From a virus: 64,000 bases of DNA. Position 1 is the first letter of the stretch. The number at the start of each line of letters is the position of its first letter. The stretch lies in IMG/VR virus record IMGVR_UViG_3300002307_000021, positions 32,001 through 96,000 of that record; one strand, given 5' to 3'. The notes below the pieces were generated by a model. The model made no database searches. It was given only the letters and a program-made list of their open reading frames with translations, and was not told the origin of the DNA. A program made the position numbers and the translations under genes. This document shows positions 18,599 through 27,808 of this stretch, piece after piece.

Positions 18599-19045
18599 AT
18601 GACGCAGGTAGCAGAACTATTAAATGAAATTATTGGTGATCCAATTGATGGTCCTTACGAGGGCGAAGATTATTGGATTGACGAAGATGGCACTATTCAG
18701 GTAGCCGAAAACAATGTAAAGCTAGCGGCAATGATCATGCGCAAAGCTAATTCAAGTGGACATTTTGATAAAAAATTAGTTAAAATTGGTGCGCAGGGTG
18801 ATAGTATTTTGCTAGGATTTGACTCACTAGTAGACATAGCACCTGTACATGTAAGTAAAATTGGTTTTAAAGGCGACATGCTAGCCGAAGTAAAACAGGA
18901 TCAATCTGGTAAATTTTGCTTATATTTAAATGGTAAGCGTACAGCTCGTATGTTTACTAAACTAGCATCAGTAAAGAGCTTTTTAAAGAAACTAGATAAA
19001 GAAATGAAGGCCGCCGGCGATGAACCAGAGGACTTCAACGATTAG
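18599..19045 (+). CDS. hypothetical early protein
   Basis: The track start (TTG 18536) is the -35 box itself; the real start is ATG 18569 or 18599. Confidence 0.75.
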   Translation: MTQVAELLNEIIGDPIDGPYEGEDYWIDEDGTIQVAENNVKLAAMIMRKANSSGHFDKKLVKIGAQGDSILLGFDSLVDIAPVHVSKIGFKGDMLAEVKQDQSGKFCLYLNGKRTARMFTKLASVKSFLKKLDKEMKAAGDEPEDFND

Positions 19046-21025
19046 TTATTTCTGTTGTTTTTGTTGTTGCTGTTGTTTACTAACGTTAGCCTGCTGTGCA
19101 AGACTCTTAAATTGTTGAGCAACTTTAGGATCTTGTGCAGCCTGCCCAATGATATCCATCATAGGTTCAAGATTCTTACTATCCGTCCCCGGAATACCTT
19201 TACCTGTCATAGCAGTATTTAGAGCTTTAACTACATTAGGTGCTGGTGCAGTAATGCCTGATGCATTTTTCACTGCCTGTGTAGCTTGTAAGGCCTGCTG
19301 TGCTTGAAGTTTTGCTTCGGGATCGGTTGATGTGGTATTAATATTGATAGCTGTGTTAGCTGTGGTATTAGTACCTTGATTAGGAGCCGCTTGTGTATCC
19401 TGTCCAGATTGTGGAGGATCCATGTCTTCGTCTACATCAATTTCACGTTTGTAAATAGTATTTGGATTTTTCTTCAAATACTCTTGTTGTTGCTGTTTGA
19501 TCAAACGTTGATGCTGTGCATATCCATCTTCTTGCTCACCACTGCCCATCTTACGTTGTAATTCAATTTGTTTAAGTTTATTAGCAATAAGTTTATGCGC
19601 ACGACTTTCACTTATGCCCATAGCCTTAGCCTGCTGTATTAACTCTGCTTTACGGCGTACTAATTCTGCACTTAGTTGTGGATCTTGATGTGTATGTCGA
19701 TCTACTTGGATATCCTGTAGGGCCTTACTTTTAGCCATATAGTCGTCACGATCACGTAAAGGAGTATTTGATTCACCTAGACGTGGTCGACTAGCAGCCT
19801 GACTAGCCATGCTACTAACTACGTTAGTTGATTTGGCCTTGGTCTTAGCTGGGTTTTCGTTCTTAACTGTTAAAATATCTGAACTAAATTTAACCTTAGT
19901 TGGGTTAATACTATCCACATAGTGTTGAATAGCTGGGCTATTTTTGTTAGCATCAACCAAGTCTTTGAGTAAGAATGGTTGGCTAGTAGCCGCTACTACC
20001 ATATTAGTAATAACTTCTGGAGCAACTTCTGTATGACCTTGTTGAATAAGTTCTTGTACAGCATTTAGTACAGCACTTTCAATTGGGTCAGCACTTTCAA
20101 TACCTTCACCTAGATACTTTGTATGAGTACTAATACCAATCATACGTGGATTAGGAGTTTTAGGATCTGCCATTAATTTAGTACGTGCGGCATCTGCTTC
20201 GGCTTGGCTAGCATATTCACCCGGAAACTTGTAGTTAGGTTCCATGTTAGGACCACGACCTGTTAAGGTATATACTTTAGTTTGTGGACGTTTTGTCTGT
20301 GCCGCAATAGCTTCATCATCTGCTTTGGCTGTACGCATAGCATCATATTCAGCATCTGGATCACGTTCTCTACGTGGACGATCATCTGGAGCACCCGGAC
20401 TACCACCCCAACCTTCACCAAAACGGCCACGATATGAGTTAGAACTCATGCTATTACGAGAACCAATAACACTTTGACCTTCACCACTTAATAATAAGTC
20501 GTACATTAGTTTAATAACAGCAATTGGAGTAGTTAGACTATCAAGTCTTGATTTAAACCATTGTACTTTTTCTGGTTTCATTGGACGTTTACTTGGTTTA
20601 CTAATTAATGCAAACGCACGGTCTTTCAATGTTGCTAGGTCTCTAATCCCTTCTAACTCTTTAATATCAGCAGCAGTAAAGTTGTCTGTTTCTTTACCGT
20701 ACTCGTTAACTGGTGTATAACGTTTACTTGGCTTACCGTGTTTAGTATATTCGCGATGTGGACGGTCACTACTACGACTTGGACGCTTAGGTTCTACGCC
20801 TAGATCATCTTCATTAAACTGTGCTAATGCTTCTGCTAGTTCTTCTTCTAATGTTTTAGGTTTTTTACCTTTGCTTAGATCTTTAAGGATTGAATTATCC
20901 TTGCTGTCGCCAACTAGTTTTGTACCTGGAGTACCTTTATCAGTACCTTTCCATTGCTCACCTGATTTTTGCTCAGGCTCACCTGCAAATTTAGTAATTG
21001 ACTCTAATAGTTTCTTCATATCCAT
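19046..21025 (-). CDS. putative internal head/scaffold-like modular protein
   Basis: MDMKKLLES start; charged modules separated by hydrophobic-x-E sites; Q-rich tail. Confidence 0.65.
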   Translation of the reverse strand: MDMKKLLESITKFAGEPEQKSGEQWKGTDKGTPGTKLVGDSKDNSILKDLSKGKKPKTLEEELAEALAQFNEDDLGVEPKRPSRSSDRPHREYTKHGKPSKRYTPVNEYGKETDNFTAADIKELEGIRDLATLKDRAFALISKPSKRPMKPEKVQWFKSRLDSLTTPIAVIKLMYDLLLSGEGQSVIGSRNSMSSNSYRGRFGEGWGGSPGAPDDRPRRERDPDAEYDAMRTAKADDEAIAAQTKRPQTKVYTLTGRGPNMEPNYKFPGEYASQAEADAARTKLMADPKTPNPRMIGISTHTKYLGEGIESADPIESAVLNAVQELIQQGHTEVAPEVITNMVVAATSQPFLLKDLVDANKNSPAIQHYVDSINPTKVKFSSDILTVKNENPAKTKAKSTNVVSSMASQAASRPRLGESNTPLRDRDDYMAKSKALQDIQVDRHTHQDPQLSAELVRRKAELIQQAKAMGISESRAHKLIANKLKQIELQRKMGSGEQEDGYAQHQRLIKQQQQEYLKKNPNTIYKREIDVDEDMDPPQSGQDTQAAPNQGTNTTANTAININTTSTDPEAKLQAQQALQATQAVKNASGITAPAPNVVKALNTAMTGKGIPGTDSKNLEPMMDIIGQAAQDPKVAQQFKSLAQQANVSKQQQQQKQQK

Positions 21026-21027
21026 GA

Positions 21028-21411
21028 TTATTTTTTACTCTTTTTAGCTTGTTGTTCTGCACGTTTCATAAAAATACTTTTGCCAAATCCACCATCTGTG
21101 GTAGCAATACTACTAGTACCCATACCGCTAGCATCTTCTGCTACTGCTGGTACGTCTTGTTCTTGATCTACTGTAGGTTGTATGCCCTGTTCATGTTGAC
21201 TAATCATGTAATCCATAACACCAACTAACATACCTTTAGCAGTGGCAATCTTTTCCTGCACCCATTCAGGCATATTCTCATTATCTTTAATATCTCTACA
21301 TAGATGAGTCATTACACGAACAATAGTGTGTATGTCATTTTTAACCATACCTGCTTCGTCGTTGTATTCGTTGTGATCATATGCTTCTTTGATAAATTCT
21401 GATGGTTTCAT
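21028..21411 (-). CDS. putative internal head protein
   Basis: MKPSEFIKE start; PEWVQEKIA motif; late promoter 21432-21439. Confidence 0.65.
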   Translation of the reverse strand: MKPSEFIKEAYDHNEYNDEAGMVKNDIHTIVRVMTHLCRDIKDNENMPEWVQEKIATAKGMLVGVMDYMISQHEQGIQPTVDQEQDVPAVAEDASGMGTSSIATTDGGFGKSIFMKRAEQQAKKSKK

Positions 21412-21437
21412 GCTAATTTCCTAATATCTTATATTTA

Positions 21438-22412
21438 TTATGCTAACTTAAATGCTTTCAAATTCTTTGCAGGAGTACTTGGTTGTATATCTTGAGTCAT
21501 GCTAGTGCTGTAACGTGGATCCTTGGCCATTTTCTTATTACTAGCCACTACACCAACGCCTGCAGCATCTTCTGCTACTTTAGGTGCCCAAAACTTGTGA
21601 GCGCCAAACATTTTATCGCAGTGTTCAATTTTCATTTGATCCATCTTTGATGCAGTTGAGCTACGATGCCATTTTTTAGCATCTTTAACTTCGTAATTCC
21701 ACTTGCCACTCATTGTCTGTCTTAGGCCAGCTTTAATAGCCGCTATGCGTTGTTCTGGGCTAATATTGTAAAAATAATATCCTGGTTTTGGATCTTGCTC
21801 GATAGTAGTTTGTTCAACAGATTCAACTAGACCCATGCCATTACGTACAGCCTGAAATAGTTGTGGCGCTAGTTCCCCTGCGCCTGTTGATTTGGTAAAT
21901 GCATCCATATTGTTAGCCACAGCGGCAGCACGTGCTTGACTAGCACTAACACCTTCTACGCCTTCTGCGCCATCTTCACGTTCACCGCTACTAACAAAAT
22001 TAAGAATAAATTTATAATAACCATCCGCCCTCTGCACTCCATTGTATGATTCTAGTAGTTTTTGGAATGCTTCCATACGATCACTGCCTGCAGCAAATGT
22101 CACTGAAGTGTAGCCTTTACCGTATAACCAGTCTGCTACCTGCATGATAGTTTTGAGCTGTATGTCAAATACAACATGGCCTGCTTGTTGTGGGAATAGT
22201 GCTTTAAGGAACTTAATTTTGGTTGTGTAGTCTAGGGGATTATCTTTACGATCTTGTGTTTGACTAACAAATACAAAGTAATCGCCACCTTGAGCTGCGG
22301 ATTCTACTGTGTTAATTAATTGTGCGTGTCCAACAGTAGGAGGATTCATGCGGCCAAAACAAAAAGCCGCATGTTTCTCTTGTGTTGATTCAAATAATTC
22401 AGTTAAAAACAT
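21438..22412 (-). CDS. cytidyltransferase-like (HIGH superfamily) protein
   Basis: FGRMNPPTVGH, AGSDR, SASQAR; MFLTELFES start. Confidence 0.85.
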   Translation of the reverse strand: MFLTELFESTQEKHAAFCFGRMNPPTVGHAQLINTVESAAQGGDYFVFVSQTQDRKDNPLDYTTKIKFLKALFPQQAGHVVFDIQLKTIMQVADWLYGKGYTSVTFAAGSDRMEAFQKLLESYNGVQRADGYYKFILNFVSSGEREDGAEGVEGVSASQARAAAVANNMDAFTKSTGAGELAPQLFQAVRNGMGLVESVEQTTIEQDPKPGYYFYNISPEQRIAAIKAGLRQTMSGKWNYEVKDAKKWHRSSTASKMDQMKIEHCDKMFGAHKFWAPKVAEDAAGVGVVASNKKMAKDPRYSTSMTQDIQPSTPAKNLKAFKLA

Positions 22413-22454
22413 AGTAATCCAATTTCTATTACTATATTTAGCTAAAGTCTATTC

Positions 22455-23300
22455 TTAATAAACAGATGCCTTTGCAGGAGGCTGTTGAGGTTGTTGTGCT
22501 TGTGGTTGTGGAGGAGTTGGTTGTCCGCCAGTTAATACACTTAAATCACCAGCAAACTCATAGTGTCCTGAATGGTTTAGCAACACTTTAGCATGAGCAT
22601 AGATCTCACCGCCTAGTTTAGCCCAACGACGACAGAATAACCAATCTTCACTTAGATAGTGACCTTTTTCGTCAATTTCACAATCAAAGATTGAGAACAT
22701 AGTTGGCTCGTATTGTTTACCTAGACCAACATCATCAACGTATTTGCATTCTGGATGAGCTGCGCATAGTTTTTCGTATACGTGACGTTTAAACATCATA
22801 AAGCCTGTGCCCATTGTGTCTACTGGGAAAATATCGTTTTGGATAACTGTACCAGGTTTAACATTAATTACATAGCTGATTGGTAATGCTTTCTTGGGAT
22901 ATAATCCACCAATAACATCTTTGTCTGTAGCTAACATCATAAAGATACTTTCTGGTTGGAAGCGGATGTCTGCATCAATGAACATAAAGTGCGTGGCCGC
23001 AGTATTAGTCATCATCTTAGCCATTAAGTTATTACGAGCACGTGTTACTAGTGACTCATTAACCATAGTGTCTAATGACCATTGTAAACCCATTTTACTT
23101 GCCATTAAGATGAAACGTAGGAAACTAGTAAAGGTTGGCTCTGAAATCATACCGCCATAACATGGAATACCAAAATGTACATGCACTTTGCTAAAATCGT
23201 ATGGTTGGCCTGGTTGTTGTTGACCCATTTGGGCCGGTACTGCTCCATTTTGCATCATGCGAGGCGCATTGGGCTTAATACGTTTTGATGGTTTTGTCAT
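22455..23300 (-). CDS. GT-A fold glycosyltransferase-like protein
   Basis: IPCYGG, ESLVTRARN, FIDADI, GTGFM, LSEDWLFC. Confidence 0.8.
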   Translation of the reverse strand: MTKPSKRIKPNAPRMMQNGAVPAQMGQQQPGQPYDFSKVHVHFGIPCYGGMISEPTFTSFLRFILMASKMGLQWSLDTMVNESLVTRARNNLMAKMMTNTAATHFMFIDADIRFQPESIFMMLATDKDVIGGLYPKKALPISYVINVKPGTVIQNDIFPVDTMGTGFMMFKRHVYEKLCAAHPECKYVDDVGLGKQYEPTMFSIFDCEIDEKGHYLSEDWLFCRRWAKLGGEIYAHAKVLLNHSGHYEFAGDLSVLTGGQPTPPQPQAQQPQQPPAKASVY

Positions 23301-23324
23301 TGAAAATCTCTCTTTTTAATTGAA

Positions 23325-23489
23325 TTATGCTACTTGAATTTCTACAAGTGTACCAGCACCTGCTAGCTCTTGTACTACTGCTTCTAAACTATCTAAAGTA
23401 CCCGAATTTAAAATGATTGCTGATTCTGCATCATCTCTAACTAGTTTACTTACTTTTACTACGATAACTTCTTCATGTAATTTTGCCAT
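23325..23489 (-). CDS. 54 aa hypothetical protein
   Basis: Not in track: MAKLHEEVIVVKVSKLVRDD...LVEIQVA*, AAGGA SD, late-promoter-like GTAAATA upstream. Confidence 0.75.
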   Translation of the reverse strand: MAKLHEEVIVVKVSKLVRDDAESAIILNSGTLDSLEAVVQELAGAGTLVEIQVA

Positions 23490-23547
23490 GATCGATCCTT
23501 AAATAATATACTACTATTATTTACCATGGCAAAAATACACGTAAAAA

Positions 23548-25842
23548 TTATTCTACTACGATAAAGCCGTTATCGTCAACCATCTTGTTTTCAAGTAGGT
23601 CAACTTTTGGCGGAGCAACTACTACAAACTTAACTTGATCATCTAACCAGTCTGCATTAACAATGCTACCAGCTTCAATGTGCTCAAATAAGATTTTCTT
23701 ACTTAGTGGCACTTTGATTAAGTCATTAATCTTACGTGCTAGTGGACGTGCGCCCATTGCAGGGTCAAATCCAACTTCAACTAAGTGATCGATCAATGAT
23801 TCTGTAGCATGCACTTTAATATTACGTTCTGCTAGTAGATCATTAACTTCATTAAGGAACTTAGCAACAATTTTCTTCATTGAAATCTTGTCTAGTTTCT
23901 CAAACTTAACCACAGCATCAAGTCTATTACGGAACTCTGGTTTAAAGAACTTCTTAACAGCGGCATCATCTGCGCCTGTTTTAGCTAGGTCACGACCAAA
24001 GCCAATGTTATTCTTTTCACCGTCTGCGGCACCTAAGTTACTAGTTAAAATAACAATAGCATGACGGCAGTCTGCTTTCTTACCATTGCTGGCAGTAATA
24101 GTACCCTCGTCCATGATCTGTAGTAATAGGTTACTAATGTCAGGGTGAGCTTTTTCAATCTCATCTAACAAGATAATGGAATGTGGGTTACGTTCTACAT
24201 CACTAATCAGCAACCCACCTCCTAAATTGCCGTCCTCGTAACCCACATAACCTGGAGGAGCACCAATCAATTTAGCCATTGAATGTTTCTCTTGGTACTC
24301 ACTCATATCGTAGCGTAGTAACTTCATGCTTAAGTTTTCACTTAGAAGTTTAGCAAGTTCTGTTTTACCAGTACCAGTTGGTCCTAGGAACAGGAAGTTA
24401 CCTACAGGTTTGTTGTGTGCCTTCATACCAGCTTTGGCCACATAGATCTTTTCTAATACTTGATCCACTGCGGTGTCTTGACCATATAAATGATCTTTAA
24501 TAGTTACTTCTAGGTTACTTAGATTATCGCTGGCTTTCTCACTCATTAGGTTTTCTTTAGGAACCTTAGTAGCTTTAGCAATAGTTTCAATAATATCGTT
24601 TTTAGTAACTGTAAAGTCAGAGTTAATAATCTTAAGTTTAGCACAGCTCATGTCAATTAAGTCAATTGCTTTATCTGGTAAACGTTTGTCTGTTTGATAG
24701 CGTACACTTAGATCAACAGCCGCTTCGATAGCATCATCGGTAATAACACCACCGTGGAACTTTTCAAAGTGTGTGCGTAGACCTGATAAGATGTCTTTAG
24801 CTACCTGTGGGGTAGGCTCATCAATGTTTAGTTTGTAGAATCTGCGCATTAACGCACGATCTTTTTCAAACGATTGTGTGTATTCTTCAAAGGTAGTACT
24901 AGCAATAACTTTAATGTTGCCTTTAGCCAGTGCTGGTTTAAGCATGTTAGCAAAGTCTACACTACTTGACCCACCACTACCTGCACCCTGCATTTGATGT
25001 GCTTCGTCGATGAATAAAATAGTTTTACCTTTAGCTGAAAGTGCGGCTAAGATATCTTTAAGTTTCTCTTCAAACTCACCACGGTACTTACTACCTGCTA
25101 ATAAACTACCAATTTCTAAGTTGTAGACTGTGTACTCTTTTAAGTACTCTGGAACTTCGCCATGTACAATCTTGTGTGCTAGTCCTTCTGCTATAGCAGT
25201 TTTACCTACACCAGGATCACCAATCATAAGCACGTTTGATTTGCTACGACGAGCAAGTACCTGTGCAATTTCTTCTAACTCTGTAGCACGACCAATAACA
25301 GGGTCAATCTTACCATCATCAACATGCTTGTTAAGATTAGTACAGTACTCAGTTAGAATCTTATCAGCAAAGTCTTTCTTGCCTTGATCTTTCTTAGTAA
25401 CAGTAGTCTGTTGGCTCATGTAGTAGTCAATTAGTTGTTTACGGTTGATGCCCCACTTAACCAGATAGTATGCGGCATGACTATTGTTTTCTTGACTAAT
25501 AGAAAGGTATAGATCAATTGGATCCATCTGCTCACGTGCGCTGAACAATACCTGTGTAAACGCACGATTAAACACACGTTCTAAACTGTGTGTGCGTTGT
25601 GGAGTAAAGTCATCACGTTCTGTAACTATGTGATTTTGATCACCAATGTATGCATACAGATCACGGATTAGGTGATCAGTCTCAACACCAAACTCTGTTA
25701 GCAGATGATTGAATTTTGGGAATTCAAGTAATGCTATTAACAGATGTTCTAGCGTTACATACTCATGCCTAAAGTCTTTGGCTAGTGAGCATGCATCAGC
25801 AATAATTTGTTCAATATCTGGATTATTTTTCAATTCGGCCAC
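23548..25842 (-). CDS. clpA: ClpA-like AAA+ chaperone
   Basis: Clp N domain (HEYVTLEHLL), Walker A GDPGVGKT and GPTGTGKT, IGF loop, PEFRNRLD, MGARPL. Confidence 0.92.
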   Translation of the reverse strand: MAELKNNPDIEQIIADACSLAKDFRHEYVTLEHLLIALLEFPKFNHLLTEFGVETDHLIRDLYAYIGDQNHIVTERDDFTPQRTHSLERVFNRAFTQVLFSAREQMDPIDLYLSISQENNSHAAYYLVKWGINRKQLIDYYMSQQTTVTKKDQGKKDFADKILTEYCTNLNKHVDDGKIDPVIGRATELEEIAQVLARRSKSNVLMIGDPGVGKTAIAEGLAHKIVHGEVPEYLKEYTVYNLEIGSLLAGSKYRGEFEEKLKDILAALSAKGKTILFIDEAHQMQGAGSGGSSSVDFANMLKPALAKGNIKVIASTTFEEYTQSFEKDRALMRRFYKLNIDEPTPQVAKDILSGLRTHFEKFHGGVITDDAIEAAVDLSVRYQTDKRLPDKAIDLIDMSCAKLKIINSDFTVTKNDIIETIAKATKVPKENLMSEKASDNLSNLEVTIKDHLYGQDTAVDQVLEKIYVAKAGMKAHNKPVGNFLFLGPTGTGKTELAKLLSENLSMKLLRYDMSEYQEKHSMAKLIGAPPGYVGYEDGNLGGGLLISDVERNPHSIILLDEIEKAHPDISNLLLQIMDEGTITASNGKKADCRHAIVILTSNLGAADGEKNNIGFGRDLAKTGADDAAVKKFFKPEFRNRLDAVVKFEKLDKISMKKIVAKFLNEVNDLLAERNIKVHATESLIDHLVEVGFDPAMGARPLARKINDLIKVPLSKKILFEHIEAGSIVNADWLDDQVKFVVVAPPKVDLLENKMVDDNGFIVVE

Positions 25843-25871
25843 GTCGAGTCCTTAATGACTGTTAAAAATAT

Positions 25872-26729
25872 TTATTGACTAGATTTAATGGTTCTAAGTA
25901 TACTTAATTGTGCTTCAGTAAGCACGGGCGTTTTAACAATAACGTTAACAATTAAATCACCGCGATGCATGGTGTTCATTTGATAAAGTCCTTGCCCTTG
26001 TAACCCAAACTTACTGCCAAACTGACAAGCCTGTGGAATCTTGATGTTATATTCTTTACCATCAACACCCTGTATAGTCTTATCCATTCCGGTCATTGCA
26101 TCAATTGAATCTATTTCTAAATTCAGTATTACATTGATACCGTGTAGCTCAAACCTTTCGTCATTCTCTACGTTAATTATAACATAAAGATCTCCTCTTG
26201 TCAAGGTATCAAAGAAATTATCTCCAAGTTGAGCATACTTAATAGTAGTTCCACTGTTGACACCACGTGGAATATCAACATCAACATTGTAACGATCACC
26301 CTTAGTAGTCTGTACACTAATAGTCTTACATTGTTGGTCTAATGTGCTAGCCAGACTAACACTTAGCTGTACTCGTAGGTCTTTATTGCGTCTTGGTTGG
26401 TGTTGTTGCTGTTGGAAAGGATTGCGACCACCAAAGCCCGCCTGTTGAAAGAATTGAGCAAATATATCCTGTGGGTGTCCGCCGCCAAAGTGGAACTCAA
26501 AGCCGCCATTGCCTGGATGACCATGCTGTCCAAATGGATTTGGATTATCGTGTTCTGCTCGTTTCTGAGGGTCAGCTAGGGTGTCGTATGCTGATTGGAT
26601 CTCTTGGAACTTAGCAGTATCACCGCCCTTATCTGGGTGGTTCTGACTAGCAAGTTTACGATAAGCTCTTTTAATTTCTTCATCAGAAGCGCCACGGGCT
26701 ACTCCTAATACGGTATATGCATCTGCCAT
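25872..26729 (-). CDS. DnaJ/CbpA-like co-chaperone
   Basis: J domain with HPD, G/F-rich linker, C-terminal domain, no Zn finger. Confidence 0.92.
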   Translation of the reverse strand: MADAYTVLGVARGASDEEIKRAYRKLASQNHPDKGGDTAKFQEIQSAYDTLADPQKRAEHDNPNPFGQHGHPGNGGFEFHFGGGHPQDIFAQFFQQAGFGGRNPFQQQQHQPRRNKDLRVQLSVSLASTLDQQCKTISVQTTKGDRYNVDVDIPRGVNSGTTIKYAQLGDNFFDTLTRGDLYVIINVENDERFELHGINVILNLEIDSIDAMTGMDKTIQGVDGKEYNIKIPQACQFGSKFGLQGQGLYQMNTMHRGDLIVNVIVKTPVLTEAQLSILRTIKSSQ

Positions 26730-27440
26730 TTACTTTTTCTTCGCCTTTTTCAATTCTGATTCGTACCACTCTTCTTCTGCTACGTAGATGTCATTAAAGT
26801 GTTCATCTAGGTTGCATTGTTCGTCAATTGGTTGAGGGATAGTAGCAAAGCCACGTTTAACCAGCATGCTAATTCCTGTACGACGATCACTTACATTACC
26901 ATCACCGTAGACCATACTACCAAACGGGAATGTAACTAGATCAAAAGTACCGTCCCATAACTTAGTGCGTAGTTCAATCATAAACTCACGACACCCATCA
27001 ATACTCATAGTATCGTGAAATACAATAATACCTGTTTCACTTAGTTGTGGATAGATAGCTAGAAAGTCATTTTTAATACCATCGTAACTATGACAGCCAT
27101 CAATAAATGCTAGGTCGATACGAGGATGTTTTATTTTAATTAATTCGTGGAATTCTAGAGTTTTACTGTCAATTTTAGTTAACTCAAAGTTTGCGTAGCC
27201 CTCTTTGCGTAAGCGTTCTTCGCAGGCTTCTTTACTTGACCAATGTTGGAATTGATTTTGTAAGCCGTGCGTGTCCCAAATATCATATCCATATACGAAT
27301 CCGTTTACACGAGCAGCGCCACGACATAAAAATGATGTGGTTTTAGCTTCTGCTACACCCACCTCTACTACCACTTTACATTGATTAAGATAAATTAATG
27401 CTTCTAAAAACGGACTATGTTCTTCTACAGTTACGGCCAT
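26730..27440 (-). CDS. class I SAM-dependent methyltransferase (Methyltransf_24-like)
   Basis: VEVGV, FIDGCHSY, VFHD; start at MAVTVEE with GGAG SD. Confidence 0.82.
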   Translation of the reverse strand: MAVTVEEHSPFLEALIYLNQCKVVVEVGVAEAKTTSFLCRGAARVNGFVYGYDIWDTHGLQNQFQHWSSKEACEERLRKEGYANFELTKIDSKTLEFHELIKIKHPRIDLAFIDGCHSYDGIKNDFLAIYPQLSETGIIVFHDTMSIDGCREFMIELRTKLWDGTFDLVTFPFGSMVYGDGNVSDRRTGISMLVKRGFATIPQPIDEQCNLDEHFNDIYVAEEEWYESELKKAKKK

Positions 27441-27457
27441 CACAACTCCATTGAATA

Positions 27458-27506
27458 AAAAAGGCAAGTACTAAAATAGTATACTTGCCTTTTTATTTAA
27501 CGTCAA
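27458..27506 (-). terminator. intrinsic terminator overlapped by a sigma70 promoter
   Basis: 13-bp inverted repeat 27458-27470/27482-27494 with U-tract; TTGACG-17-TATACT at 27506-27478. Confidence 0.75.
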
Positions 27507-27520
27507 CTAGACTGGTAAGA

Positions 27521-27802
27521 TTAATTTCTCTTACGGCGTAGTGGACGATTGGGATCGTTATTGTCCACTACTGTGGTCTGATTTACAGTTTCGTTAACTA
27601 CAACTTCTTGCGCAGGTGTATCAGGTGCAGGTGTATCATACGCGGTATTATCTGCTGGCGGAGTATATGTATCTACCGGCACTGGCTGTTGAGGCTGTGC
27701 CCAAGTTTGTTGCGTAGTATACCCCTGTGTGGGTTGTGGTGCACTAACCCATTCAGGTTGTGCTGGAACACTTACTTCTGGGGCTGTTCCGGACCCCTCT
27801 AT
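27521..27802 (-). CDS. -1 frame C-terminal extension of the holin (93 aa, P/Q/T-rich, basic end)
   Basis: Stop-free, ATG-less frame IEGSGTAPEV...DPNRPLRRKRN* entered through slippery site GGGAAAA. Confidence 0.75.
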   Translation of the reverse strand: MEGSGTAPEVSVPAQPEWVSAPQPTQGYTTQQTWAQPQQPVPVDTYTPPADNTAYDTPAPDTPAQEVVVNETVNQTTVVDNNDPNRPLRRKRN

Positions 27803-27808
27803 TTTCCC
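27765..27808 (-). promoter_or_regulatory. programmed -1 frameshift signal (slippery heptamer plus H-type pseudoknot)
   Basis: G GGA AAA, spacer TAGA, then GGGGT-CC-GGAACA-GCCCC-AGAAGTAAG-TGTTCC. Confidence 0.8.

Noticed and set aside
27772-27801. TAG read-through or genome-wide stop-codon reassignment explaining the gap after the holin
   Set aside because: In-frame read-through meets TAA after 8 codons, and all long genes are intact in the standard code; the -1 frame explains the gap.
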